From contig OY969695.1 in NCBI GenBank assembly GCA_963701965.1, positions 416,001 to 480,000 on the forward strand: a DNA stretch of 64,000 nt. Reading direction: 5' to 3'. This stretch comes from an uncultured Gemmatimonadales bacterium (lineage in GTDB: Bacteria > Gemmatimonadota > Gemmatimonadetes > Gemmatimonadales > Gemmatimonadaceae). The notes beneath the pieces were generated by a model that saw only the letters and a list, made by a program, of their open reading frames with translations, was not told the origin of the DNA and did no database searches. Below, one piece after another: positions 42,394 to 51,906 of the stretch; the stretch's first letter is position 1, and each line of letters starts with the position of its first letter. Position numbers and translations under genes: made by a program.

Positions 42394-45024
42394 TCACTTT
42401 CTGAGGACCAGTGGGGCGGTCGCTCGCTGCGAATCATGCAGGATCGCGAGATCCGCCCTGGCGAACTCGACCCATTTCGCCGGTGGCGTCTCCTGCTTGT
42501 TGACGATCGCGTATCCGGCGTCGATCTCACGTTCGGCCTCGGCGTACTTCCGCTCATGGATGAGCGCTCGCCCCAGCTTGAGCCGCCCGATGGCGATGGT
42601 CAGGTGATCCGCGGGCAGGGTCTCCGCGTACCGGGCCATCGCCTGGCGCAGGTAGCGCTCGGCATTGGCGTAGTCCTTTCGCGCGATGTAGACGCTGCCC
42701 AAGTTTGACCACGCGATCCCGATCAAGTAGTGCTTGCCCGAATACACGGTCTGATAGATAGCCGCCATGCGCCGGAAGTCCGACTCGGCGTCCGCCAGCT
42801 GACCGCGCGCGAGCGCGATCTGGCCGAGATCGTTCAACGTCGAGGCGACACGCGGATGCACGGGTCCGTAAACCCGTTGCTCGATCACGAGGGCCCGGCC
42901 AAGGATGTCGGTCGCCTCGTCCGTCTTCTTCTCGGCGACGAGTGCTCTCCCCAGTAACGTCATCGCCGATGCCGTCTCTTGGTTCTCCGACCCGAACCAC
43001 CGCCCGATGATCTCCAGCGCTTGACGGTCGAACCGTTCGGCCTCGGCGTAGCGGCCCCATTCGTACTGCACCGCGCCCAAGTTGATGAGATCGTCGGCCA
43101 CGTGCGGATGCCCCGCGCCGTAGAGCGCGCTGTCCATGGCGACGAGGCGCCGGTTCAGGCTGTCGGCCAACGCGTAATGGCCCGAGTAGAAATGCGTGTT
43201 CGCCAGCTCGGTGAGACTCGCCGACAGCTCGGATGTCGGCGGCCCGGACGCGGGCTGCAACCGGACCGCGGCAGTCAGCACGCGAATCGCCTCGTCATAG
43301 TTGCCGTGATCCTCGAGCATCTGACCGAGGGCGATCATCGCGCGCACCACCGCCGGATCGCGGGGCGGCAATGTGCGCTGACTCATCGCCAACCCGTCGC
43401 GGAGGAGCGGTTCGGCCTCGTCGTACCTGGCTTGCGCCTGCCGCAGACCGCCCAGCGCGATCAGACTGCCCGCGATATCCGGGTGATCGCCACCATACAC
43501 GCCGCGTCGCTGCGCCAGCGACGCGCGGAGCAGCGTGTCCGCGGACGCGAGACGGCCCAGTCTCTGGTACAGACTGCCCAGCGTCTGGTACAACTCGGCC
43601 TGCACGGCCGGCTCCGCGTCCAAGGCGCGGGCGTCCCGGACGCCCCGCTCGAGCAACGAGACGACGCGCAGGCTGTCGGAGGGGCCGACATCGTCGTCGC
43701 CACCTTGGAACAGATCGAGCATGAACCGCTGGATGCGCTGGGTGCGGGCGGCTTCGGCGACGGCGGCGTTGCGGGCCCGCGTCAGACGCACCGTGTAGAA
43801 CAGCGTCAACGCCACGACGGCCGTGAACACGAACATCGCGGCCGCTAGCGGCCGCCGATGCCGCGTGACGAATTTGGAAACGCGGTAGCGCACCGAGTCG
43901 GATCGCGCTTCCAATGGCTCACCGTTGAGAAAGCGATCGATGTCCCGGATCAGCGCCTCGGCCGATCCGTAGCGCCGTGTGGGGTCCTTGTGCATCGCGG
44001 TAAGACAGAGCACATCCAGGTCCGCCCACTCGGTGCCGCCAAGCGCCAGCACCCGCCCGCGGTCGCCGGCGCGTTCGGCGACCCGTCGGGCTACGGCCGA
44101 GGGTTTCACCGGCTCGTGCTCGAGGATGATCGTCTCGGCCTCGCCCGGCGTGCGATTGGCCAAGTCGAAGGGCAATCGGCCGGTCAGCAATTCATACAGC
44201 ACCACGCCGAGGGAGTACACGTCCGTCTGCATCGCGGCCTGGTCGCCCCGCAGTTGCTCGGGCGCCGCGTACGCCGGCGTCAGGAATCGCAGTCCGGTAC
44301 GCGTCTGGTCGACCGGAACATCGAGGCCTTCCAGCTGCTTCGAGATCCCGAAATCGAGCAGCACCACCGAACCATCGGTCCGTGCCAGTATGTTGGACGG
44401 CTTGAGGTCGCGATGGATGACGAGATGCCGGTGCGCGTACTCCACCGCCTCGCAGATCGCGCGAAACAGCCGCAGCCGCTCCGGGATCGAGCTGGCGTGC
44501 GTCTCGCAATAGTCCGTGAGCGGCACGCCTTCGACGTACTCCATGACGAACCATGGCGTGCCGTCCTCCAGGGTATTCGCATCGTAGATCCGCGCGATGG
44601 CCGGGTGATTGAGGCGCGCCAGCGTGCGCTGCTCGTTGGCGAAACGCTCGCGCCGCGCCGGCGACAGCCAGGCGTCCCGCAGGATCTTGATGGCGACCAG
44701 TCCCCCGAGATCGGTGCGCTCCGCGAGATAGACCACGCCCATCCCGCCCTCGCCCAGCATTTCCTTGATGCGATAGCGCCCAAACTGCTCGGCGGGGACG
44801 CCGGCTGATGCGCCGCCGAGCATCTCCCGGGCCGCGTAGGCGATGTCGCTATCGAGGAGCGACGATCCGCGCGCATCCTCCGCCAGCATCGCCAACACAT
44901 CGGCGGCCAGGTCCGGGTCGACGCATTCGCGCTCCAAAAATGCCCGCTGTTCCTCGGCGGGCAGGTCGGCGGCGCCGTGAAAGAGGGCTTGGATGCGCTC
45001 CCAGCGGCCGGCGTCCATGGTCAT
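42394..45024 (-). CDS. membrane Hanks-type Ser/Thr kinase with C-terminal TPR repeats
   Basis: GEGGMGVVY, VAIK, HRDLKPSN, DFG, TPAYAAPE, DVYSLG; TM segment; TPR_12-like repeats. Confidence 0.95.
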   Translation of the reverse strand: MTMDAGRWERIQALFHGAADLPAEEQRAFLERECVDPDLAADVLAMLAEDARGSSLLDSDIAYAAREMLGGASAGVPAEQFGRYRIKEMLGEGGMGVVYLAERTDLGGLVAIKILRDAWLSPARRERFANEQRTLARLNHPAIARIYDANTLEDGTPWFVMEYVEGVPLTDYCETHASSIPERLRLFRAICEAVEYAHRHLVIHRDLKPSNILARTDGSVVLLDFGISKQLEGLDVPVDQTRTGLRFLTPAYAAPEQLRGDQAAMQTDVYSLGVVLYELLTGRLPFDLANRTPGEAETIILEHEPVKPSAVARRVAERAGDRGRVLALGGTEWADLDVLCLTAMHKDPTRRYGSAEALIRDIDRFLNGEPLEARSDSVRYRVSKFVTRHRRPLAAAMFVFTAVVALTLFYTVRLTRARNAAVAEAARTQRIQRFMLDLFQGGDDDVGPSDSLRVVSLLERGVRDARALDAEPAVQAELYQTLGSLYQRLGRLASADTLLRASLAQRRGVYGGDHPDIAGSLIALGGLRQAQARYDEAEPLLRDGLAMSQRTLPPRDPAVVRAMIALGQMLEDHGNYDEAIRVLTAAVRLQPASGPPTSELSASLTELANTHFYSGHYALADSLNRRLVAMDSALYGAGHPHVADDLINLGAVQYEWGRYAEAERFDRQALEIIGRWFGSENQETASAMTLLGRALVAEKKTDEATDILGRALVIEQRVYGPVHPRVASTLNDLGQIALARGQLADAESDFRRMAAIYQTVYSGKHYLIGIAWSNLGSVYIARKDYANAERYLRQAMARYAETLPADHLTIAIGRLKLGRALIHERKYAEAEREIDAGYAIVNKQETPPAKWVEFARADLAILHDSQRATAPLVLRK

Positions 45025-45599
45025 CGCGCCCGCCTCAGCTCCCCGGCGAGCCACGCCTTGGCCGCGCGCCAATCGCGGAGGATGGTGGCTTCCGAGACCC
45101 CAATCAGGACCGCTGTCTCGCGGATGTCGAGACCGCCGAAGAAGCGGCACTCGACCATCATCGCTTGGCGCGGATGGATGCGCGCCAGTTCGTCGAGCGC
45201 GGCATCGAGCGCCACGAGATCGTCGGCTTGGGTCGCGGCGGTTTCCATCGCGTCGTCGAAGGTCACGGGCGTGACCCCTCCACCGCGTTTGAGCGCGTTC
45301 CGCCGGCGGGCCGCCTCGATGAGCACCTGGCGCATGGCACGGGCGGCGATGCGTTTGAAGTGCAACTGGGACGTCATGCCGAGCGGCGGCGAGTCCGCGA
45401 GCTTGAGCCACGCCTCGTTGACCAGCGCGGTCGGGCTGAGCGATGCGTTCGGATCATCGCGCCTCACGCTGGCCGCCAACCGGCGCAGCTCCTCGTAGGT
45501 CGCGCTGAACAGTTGATCGAGCGCGCTCTTGCCGCCCGGCGTCGTGCCAAGCTCCGCGAGGTCCAGCGGACACGTCTTCCCAGTGGTTCCGGACGCCAT
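45021..45599 (-). CDS. ECF sigma factor of the kinase-associated type (ECF43-like)
   Basis: YEELRRLA, SLSPTALVNEAWLKL, AARAMRQVL, RFFGGL, RDWRAAKAWL; ATGA overlap with the kinase gene. Confidence 0.92.
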   Translation of the reverse strand: MASGTTGKTCPLDLAELGTTPGGKSALDQLFSATYEELRRLAASVRRDDPNASLSPTALVNEAWLKLADSPPLGMTSQLHFKRIAARAMRQVLIEAARRRNALKRGGGVTPVTFDDAMETAATQADDLVALDAALDELARIHPRQAMMVECRFFGGLDIRETAVLIGVSEATILRDWRAAKAWLAGELRRAR

Positions 45600-45659
45600 G
45601 ACGATTATTGCCGCGGGTTCACGCACTGCACTGCAGAGCCCACCTACGGTATAACGACT

Positions 45660-45986
45660 ATGGATCTGACGCAATTCACCCTGGGCGTGACGACATCCCA
45701 GGAAGTCTTGGGAAAGCTCAAGGCCACCCATTCCACGGACGCCAATGTCCTGTTCGCGGCCAAGAGCGAGATCGCCTCTCCATTCCGGTCGCAGCGGTTT
45801 CAGGGCGGCCTTTTGTGCGTCGTGGGGGCCGTGAGCTCGATCACGATCGTCCTGGCGATCATTGGCATTCCGGTCGCGATCTTCGGTTGGTGGGTCTGGC
45901 GCCGCGGCACCAGCAACCTGGCCATCGTCGAGAGTGCCTACGCCCAATTCATGGCTTCTCGCACCGCCGCCGCCGTCGGAGCCTAG
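45660..45986 (+). CDS. hypothetical membrane protein (two TM segments)
   Basis: MDLTQFTLG...; hydrophobic hairpin; host-like codon usage. Confidence 0.65.
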   Translation: MDLTQFTLGVTTSQEVLGKLKATHSTDANVLFAAKSEIASPFRSQRFQGGLLCVVGAVSSITIVLAIIGIPVAIFGWWVWRRGTSNLAIVESAYAQFMASRTAAAVGA

Positions 45987-46052
45987 CGCTCGTTTTCGTT
46001 CGCCTGCACACTTGAGGGAACCATTTTTCCCCCCTCAGGAGAAACGAAACAC

Positions 46053-46418
46053 GTGCGCAACCACTTGTTGACACTCGCTGCCTGCGCGCTCGTCGCCGTC
46101 GCCGCGCCCGCGATGCTCAAGGCGCAGGACGCGCCGCGGCACGACGATCATCCGGACCCGGCGCACCACGAGGACCACGCCGCCCCGGCGCACGATGAGC
46201 ATGCGGGCCCGGCGCATCATGACGATCACGCCGATCACCCGGATCACCCGGATCACCCCGAACACGCCGACCATCACGACGATGATGTCGTCGTGCGCTA
46301 TCGCCATGACCACCCGGGCGCGACCGCCCATTGCCACGACGGCTTCTTCACGCGCACGACGGACCGCCGCCTCGCCTGCTCCAAGCACGGCGGCATCGAG
46401 GTGTGGATCGCGCTCTAG
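46053..46418 (+). CDS. secreted His/Asp-rich protein with a C-terminal DUF3761-like domain
   Basis: AGGAG RBS; signal peptide; GATAHCHDG...ACSKHGGI..W. Confidence 0.8.
   Translation: MRNHLLTLAACALVAVAAPAMLKAQDAPRHDDHPDPAHHEDHAAPAHDEHAGPAHHDDHADHPDHPDHPEHADHHDDDVVVRYRHDHPGATAHCHDGFFTRTTDRRLACSKHGGIEVWIAL
46233..46259 (+). repeat. 9-bp tandem repeat (GATCACCCG x3, last copy imperfect) encoding DHP x3
   Basis: Read directly from the sequence. Confidence 0.85.
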
Positions 46419-46960
46419 GAGCTCGAGGCTAGGGCCGCGATCTTGAGCACGGTGTTCCAATTGCGGCCCGTGCCTCGTGTTCCGAGCTTGCCATCCAAGA
46501 GCGCGCTGGTCAGTTTCGACTCACCGGCCCCATCCGGATACACGATGTATGCGTGCCGGCCATCGCCGTGCACGCGTTCGCGCCCGGGGATGGCCGCCTG
46601 CAACGCGGCGAGGGCCTCCGGCCCCGGCGCGCTCTTGAGTACCAGGACATAGAGACGGGCGGGGTCGCGCTTGGCTTCGTCGAGGAACGGGTTGTGGTCG
46701 ACGATCGCTTGCCACTCCCGGGCCGTGCGCACGTGGAAATCGGTCGTGACGCCGAGGCGCTTCGTGCATTCGGCTTCGAGCTTTCGCTCCAGCCCCTGCG
46801 CGGTCGGCGCGCTGCTGCGGAACACCGCGTTGCCGCTCTGGAGGAGTGTCTGCACGTCGGTGTAGCCGAGCCCTGTGAGCAAGTCGCGCAGATCGGCCAT
46901 CGCGACGCGCTTGTGCGGACCGAGGTTCACGCCCCGCAACAGCCCGATGTACGTCGTCAC
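46415..46960 (-). CDS. DUF1697 family protein
   Basis: YIGLLRGVN.G, V.MADLR, T.LQSGN, T.RNWNT. Confidence 0.9.
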   Translation of the reverse strand: MTTYIGLLRGVNLGPHKRVAMADLRDLLTGLGYTDVQTLLQSGNAVFRSSAPTAQGLERKLEAECTKRLGVTTDFHVRTAREWQAIVDHNPFLDEAKRDPARLYVLVLKSAPGPEALAALQAAIPGRERVHGDGRHAYIVYPDGAGESKLTSALLDGKLGTRGTGRNWNTVLKIAALASSS

Positions 46961-47679
46961 GGTGCGACCTTTCGCGCCCGGCGCACGCTCCCATCCGGAC
47001 TGCCCTGCACATAGCCGACGACGCGGCCGCTGGCGTCCCGCTCGAACACCATGAGCGGGGCCACGCCGTCCGGCGAAAACGCGCTGGAGGAGACCGGGAC
47101 GAGGTGCGCGCCCCCCGACTCCCCGGTGGCCGTCGCGACGAGCCCCTGCCCTTCCCAGTGCACGTTGTCGACAAAACCGGGGCCGATCTCGTAGTGTCCG
47201 ACGAACGCCGCAAGCGCTGCCGAGTCGAGATGTAGCGGCGCCGGGGACGTGACGACCCAGGTCTGGGAATGCTGCGCCAGGACCCAGCGGCCGGCGCGCT
47301 GTACGAACACCTCGAGGGCGACCGTTGTCCATGCCAGTTCGAAGTCCCCGCCACCCCGGCGGTCGGTCCGGCGATACGTGACCGTCGCCGTGCCGCCCAG
47401 CGCGCGGGCGTGGACGCTGTCGATCGTGTACCGCGGCGGCGGCGTCTGGAGGTGGGAGATCGCCGCCAGGAAATCCTTGGTATGCAGCGTCTGGCCGGAT
47501 GCCCCCACCACCCAATCGAGATCGTCGGTGATCGCCCGATGCACCGTCGCGGTGTCGGCCCGCGCCATCGCCTCGTACCGGGCGACGATCAGATCGTGAA
47601 ATCGGACGTCCAGATCGGACGATGGGGGGCCGGACAGGGCGCACACCGCGACGAGCCCCGCGGACAGACGCACGCTCAC
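46957..47679 (-). CDS. secreted NTF2-like (DUF4440) protein with a small C-terminal beta domain
   Basis: SnoaL-like pattern ([14 protein letters not shown]); LAAFVGHYE...LVPVSSSAF. Confidence 0.7.
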   Translation of the reverse strand: MSVRLSAGLVAVCALSGPPSSDLDVRFHDLIVARYEAMARADTATVHRAITDDLDWVVGASGQTLHTKDFLAAISHLQTPPPRYTIDSVHARALGGTATVTYRRTDRRGGGDFELAWTTVALEVFVQRAGRWVLAQHSQTWVVTSPAPLHLDSAALAAFVGHYEIGPGFVDNVHWEGQGLVATATGESGGAHLVPVSSSAFSPDGVAPLMVFERDASGRVVGYVQGSPDGSVRRARKVAP

Positions 47680-48218
47680 TTCACCCCGAGCAGCTCCACG
47701 TCGAACACCAGCGTCGAGTTGGGAGGGATCGGTCCGGACCCGCCCGGGCCGTAGCCAAGGTCCGGCGGGATGACGAGCGTGCGGCGCCCGCCGATTTTCA
47801 TGCCAGCGACGCCTTCATCCCAGCCCTTGATGACTTGGCCGGCGCCCAGCGCAAACTCGAACGGCTCGTTGCGGTCACGGCTGCTGTCGAACTTCGTGCC
47901 GTCCGGCAACCAACCCGTATACTGTACCGACACCGAGTGGCCCGCCTGGGCCACCGCGCCGGATCCCACTTTCACGTCGTGATAGGCCAGGCCCGAGGGC
48001 GTCTTGGTCATGGTCTTCATGTCGACCCCCAACGCCGGGGAAAAGGTTGGTGTACCGGACGTACCAGACGACAGAGACGGAGCGGCCTGCTGGTCGGACG
48101 GCTGCTGGGCAGATCCTTGCGAAGCAGAGGCTTGGTCGGCCGGGGCCTGCGCGGCACGATGCTCGCCACAGGCGAGGGTGGTGGCGGCAAGCGCCACGGC
48201 GATGAGAGTGCGTGACAT
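47676..48218 (-). CDS. FKBP-type peptidyl-prolyl isomerase (lipoprotein)
   Basis: Lipobox [39 protein letters not shown]. Confidence 0.95.
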   Translation of the reverse strand: MSRTLIAVALAATTLACGEHRAAQAPADQASASQGSAQQPSDQQAAPSLSSGTSGTPTFSPALGVDMKTMTKTPSGLAYHDVKVGSGAVAQAGHSVSVQYTGWLPDGTKFDSSRDRNEPFEFALGAGQVIKGWDEGVAGMKIGGRRTLVIPPDLGYGPGGSGPIPPNSTLVFDVELLGVK

Positions 48219-48269
48219 GGGCCAAATCTGTGATCCGGGTGGAACGGGCGCGAGGGGAGGCGTACTCCT

Positions 48270-49451
48270 ATGAGCATGAACGTGATGGACGATTGCCTCC
48301 CCTCGGGCGGCGCGGGTCCCCAGTCGGGCCTGCCCCCGCGGCCATCGGCGACGGTGGCCTCGCGCGTGACGGCGTTGATCCTGGTGTTCGCGGCGTTGTA
48401 CTTCGCAAGGGCATTCTTCATTCCCGTCGCCATCGCGCTCCTCCTGAGCTTCTTGTTCGGGCCGGCCGTGCGCCGGTTGGCCCGCTGGCGGATTCCCCCG
48501 GCGGCGGGTGCCGGACTGGTGCTGTCGGTGGCGGCGACGGGATGTGCTATCGCTGCCTACGAACTCTCCGCGCCCATTGACCACCTGATCGCGACGGCGC
48601 CCGCGGCTACGCGCACCGCCGCGCGGAAATGGCGCGCGCTGGCGGTGCCGATCGAGCAGATCGCGAGCGTGGCCGATGAGATCGCCGACGCGGCGCGCGT
48701 GGAGCGCGTCCACGCGCCGCCGTCCACGGTCGTCGTCCAGGGGCCGAGCGTGAGCAGCCGCGTGTTCGGCACGACCGAGGTCTTGGTCGCCAGCACCGTG
48801 GAAGTGATCGTCCTCCTCTACTCGCTCCTGGCCGTCGGCGATGTCCTGCTCCTCCGGGTCGTGCACGCGATTCCCCAATGCCGGGATCGCGAGCGCATCA
48901 TCGGCATCGCGCGCGCGGCCCAGCGATCGGTTTCGGCGTATCTCATTCTCACGGCGGTGATCAACGTGAGCGAGGGCTTGCTGGTCGCGGGTGCGCTGGC
49001 CGCCATTGGGATGCCGACGCCGCTGCTGTGGGGCACGTTGGTCGCTGTCGCCGAGTTCATTCCGTACATTGGGATGTTCGCCATGCTCGGTGTCCTGGCG
49101 ATCGCGGGGGTCACGGCGTTTCCGAGCCTCCCCCATGCGCTGCTCGCCCCGGCCGCCTACCTCGCCATCAATTTCGTCCAAGGCAACATTGTCACGCCGA
49201 TCGTCATGAGCCGGCGCCTGACGCTCAACCCCGTGGCCATCTTCATATCCCTGGGGCTCTGGTGGTGGCTGTGGGGCATCGCCGGCGCATTTCTGTCCGT
49301 GCCGATGTTGGCGGGGTTCAAGATCGTCTGCGACCACGTCGACGCCCTGGCCCCACTCGGAGCTTTGGTCGGCGACGCACGCGATGTCGAGGATCGGACG
49401 GCTGGCGTCCAACCCGCTCCCGCGCTCCGCGCGGAGCGCGTGGTGCCGTGA
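48270..49451 (+). CDS. AI-2E family transporter
   Basis: [38 protein letters not shown]. Confidence 0.9.
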   Translation: MSMNVMDDCLPSGGAGPQSGLPPRPSATVASRVTALILVFAALYFARAFFIPVAIALLLSFLFGPAVRRLARWRIPPAAGAGLVLSVAATGCAIAAYELSAPIDHLIATAPAATRTAARKWRALAVPIEQIASVADEIADAARVERVHAPPSTVVVQGPSVSSRVFGTTEVLVASTVEVIVLLYSLLAVGDVLLLRVVHAIPQCRDRERIIGIARAAQRSVSAYLILTAVINVSEGLLVAGALAAIGMPTPLLWGTLVAVAEFIPYIGMFAMLGVLAIAGVTAFPSLPHALLAPAAYLAINFVQGNIVTPIVMSRRLTLNPVAIFISLGLWWWLWGIAGAFLSVPMLAGFKIVCDHVDALAPLGALVGDARDVEDRTAGVQPAPALRAERVVP

Positions 49452-49721
49452 TCCGCGTCCTGGGGCTGCACCACGTCACCACGATCGCCGGCGACCCGCA
49501 ACGCAACATCGATTTCTATACGGGCATTCTTGGGCTCCGTCTCGTCAAGCGCACGGTCAACTTCGACGATCCGCAGACCTACCATTTGTACTACGGGGAC
49601 GAGGCCGGGACTCCGGCCACCGGATCACCTCGGCGAACGGCTGATGTTGCCGCCCCAATACGAGCCCGACCGTGAGGGCATCGAGGCGGTGCGTCCACCG
49701 ATCCATTACAATGCGGGATGA
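49448..49721 (+). pseudogene. internally deleted ring-cleaving dioxygenase (MhqA/O-like VOC family)
   Basis: N-terminus GLHHVT.IAGDPQRN.DFY..ILGLRLVKRTVNFDDP.TYHLYYGDEAGTP joined out of frame to a family-like C-terminus LGERLMLPPQYEPDREGIE. Confidence 0.8.
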
Positions 49722-50323
49722 CTTCCCCGATCTCGCGTGGCTTCCGGGGTCGCCGCCCGACGGTTGATCCGGGGCGCATTCCCCCGGGCCAGTACGTGAC
49801 GCCCGATTCCCCCGTTCTATCTGCCGGGCCGACGCCGCGCACGCCGCTGCCCCAGTGGAGCTTCACGATCCGGGGCGCGGTGACATCGCCGGCATCCTGG
49901 ACCTGGGAGCAGTTTCTCGCGCTGCCCAACGAGAAGATCACCGTCGACATTCATTGCGTGACGAAGTGGTCGAAGTTGGACACCAAGTGGATTGGCGTGT
50001 CGCTCGACGTACTGCTCGGCCACGTCGAGACGACCGCGGGGTACGCATTGGCATGGAGTGACGGCGGATACACGACCAACGTTCCCGTCGCCGACCTGAC
50101 GGGCGGAAAAGCGTGGGTGGCGACGACCTACGACGAATCCCCGCTGCATCCCGAGCACGGCGGCCCCGCGCGTCTCTTGATCCCGCACCTGTACTTTTGG
50201 AAAAGCGCCAAGTGGGTGCGCGGGATCGAGCTCCGCGCGGATGATACGCCGGGCTTCTGGGAGACCTACGGCTACCATAACCGCGGCGACCCGTGGAAAG
50301 AGCAACGATATCGCGGCGACTGA
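49718..50323 (+). CDS. sulfite-oxidase-like molybdopterin oxidoreductase (cytoplasmic)
   Basis: PPGQY, DIHCVTKWS, GYTTN, EHGGPARL..P.LYFWKSAKW, GFWE..GYH. Confidence 0.9.
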   Translation: MTSPISRGFRGRRPTVDPGRIPPGQYVTPDSPVLSAGPTPRTPLPQWSFTIRGAVTSPASWTWEQFLALPNEKITVDIHCVTKWSKLDTKWIGVSLDVLLGHVETTAGYALAWSDGGYTTNVPVADLTGGKAWVATTYDESPLHPEHGGPARLLIPHLYFWKSAKWVRGIELRADDTPGFWETYGYHNRGDPWKEQRYRGD

Positions 50324-51051
50324 GCTGGCAGCGCGCCACGGTTGCCGAAATCCGCAACGAAACGGCGCGCGTCCACAGCATCATCCTCGACGTCCCGAAC
50401 TGGGCCGGCCATCTCGCTGGCCAACATGTCGACATTCGCTTGACGGCCGAGGACGGCTACCAGGCCGAGCGGAGCTATTCGATCGCGTCGGCGCCGGAGG
50501 ACGAGCGTCTGATGCTCACCGTGGAGCGCCTCGCCAACGGCGAGGTGTCGCCCTATCTCTTCGACGACCTGCGCGTCGGCGACCCGCTGGAGCTGCGGGG
50601 GCCGATCGGTGAATACTTCGTGTGGACCGCGTCCCTCGGCGGACCGATCCTCCTCGTGGCCGGGGGCTCGGGGATTGTGCCCTTTCGGTCCATCCTCAGG
50701 CATCGGCAGGTCACGGGTAGCACGATTCCTGCGCGGCTCCTGTACTCCGCGCGCGCGCTCCCCGAAGTCATCTATGGCGACGAGTTGGCCGGGCTCGCCG
50801 ACGTACGACTGACGTTGACCCGCCAGCAACCGGAGGGTTGGACAGGGTACCGCCGGCGCATCGACCACGCACTGCTCTCCGAGATCACGTGGCCGTTTAG
50901 CGAACGACCGCTGACCTACATCTGCGGTCCGAACGATTTCGTCGAGACAGCGGCGAGCACGCTCGTGCAGCTCGGGCACGACGCGACGCGCATCAGGACC
51001 GAGCGATTCGGGCCTACCGGCCAGACCGGTACGCTCCAGGAGGCACGATGA
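50293..51051 (+). CDS. FNR-like FAD/NAD(P) oxidoreductase without a 2Fe-2S domain
   Basis: RSYSIAS, GEVS, RGP.G, AGGSGIVP, YICGP, ERF. Confidence 0.9.
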   Translation: MERATISRRLSWQRATVAEIRNETARVHSIILDVPNWAGHLAGQHVDIRLTAEDGYQAERSYSIASAPEDERLMLTVERLANGEVSPYLFDDLRVGDPLELRGPIGEYFVWTASLGGPILLVAGGSGIVPFRSILRHRQVTGSTIPARLLYSARALPEVIYGDELAGLADVRLTLTRQQPEGWTGYRRRIDHALLSEITWPFSERPLTYICGPNDFVETAASTLVQLGHDATRIRTERFGPTGQTGTLQEAR

Positions 51052-51548
51052 GCCCCAAGAATCACGCCATGATCGAGGTGTCGACGGATCTCAAAGGCGA
51101 CGCGGTCGCCGATATCACCGACGCGCTGCGGCCGTTGCTGGCCGATGTGTTCGCCCTCTATGTCAAGACCAAGAATTTCCATTGGCATATGAGCGGACGC
51201 CATTTCCGCGATTACCATCTGCTGCTCGATGAGCAGAGCGACCAAATCTTCGCGATGACCGACCCCATCGCCGAGCGCGCGCGCAAGCTGGGAGGGACGA
51301 CGATCCGGTCCATCGGCGACATCGCCAAGCACCAGCGGCTCAAGGACAACAACGAGGACAACGTCGCGCCCGGCGACATGCTGAGCGAGCTGCGCGACGA
51401 CAATCTGGAGCTGACGCGATCCTTGCGCGCCGTCCACGAGGTCTGCGACCGGCATGATGACGTGGCGACGGCGAGCCTCATCGAGGTGTGGATCGACGAG
51501 ACGGAGCGCCGGCACTGGTTCTTGTCGGAAACCGTGGGCGACCAATAA
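51048..51548 (+). CDS. dps: Dps DNA-protection ferritin-like protein
   Basis: KTKNFHWH.SG..F...H..LDEQ, D.IAER, ERR.WFL. Confidence 0.95.
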   Translation: MSPKNHAMIEVSTDLKGDAVADITDALRPLLADVFALYVKTKNFHWHMSGRHFRDYHLLLDEQSDQIFAMTDPIAERARKLGGTTIRSIGDIAKHQRLKDNNEDNVAPGDMLSELRDDNLELTRSLRAVHEVCDRHDDVATASLIEVWIDETERRHWFLSETVGDQ

Positions 51549-51683
51549 GACATATGGCAAGCCGTACCACGTGCCAGTTCTGGCAGCGCGCCCGCCCCGG
51601 CATGCCGGGCAATTGGCCCCATCCCACTGGTCGTTTACCCCACGTCCCTTGGGTGGACGGGCGGCGGGAACGCAAGATAGATC

Positions 51684-51890
51684 ATGACTTATCTCGGCAC
51701 CCGAGTGAAGACGTTACGCGATGCAAAGAAGTGGACGCAGCAGGAGCTGGCCGCCGAGAGCGGCATCTCGGTGACGACGATCTCGCGCTACGAGAACGAG
51801 CGCGTCACGATGTTCTCGGCCAAGGTCCTCGACCGACTCGCTTCCGCTTTGGACGTGGACCCTGGGCTCCTGCTCGTCAAGATGAGGTAG
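51684..51890 (+). CDS. XRE-family HTH regulator
   Basis: LRDAKKWTQQELA..SGIS..TISRYEN...LASALDV. Confidence 0.88.
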   Translation: MTYLGTRVKTLRDAKKWTQQELAAESGISVTTISRYENERVTMFSAKVLDRLASALDVDPGLLLVKMR

Positions 51891-51906
51891 CGCGGGGTCG
51901 GTCCCT

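Noticed and set aside
51554..51590. Sigma54 promoter from the TGGCA motifs
   Set aside because: No TTGC at the required -12 spacing on either strand
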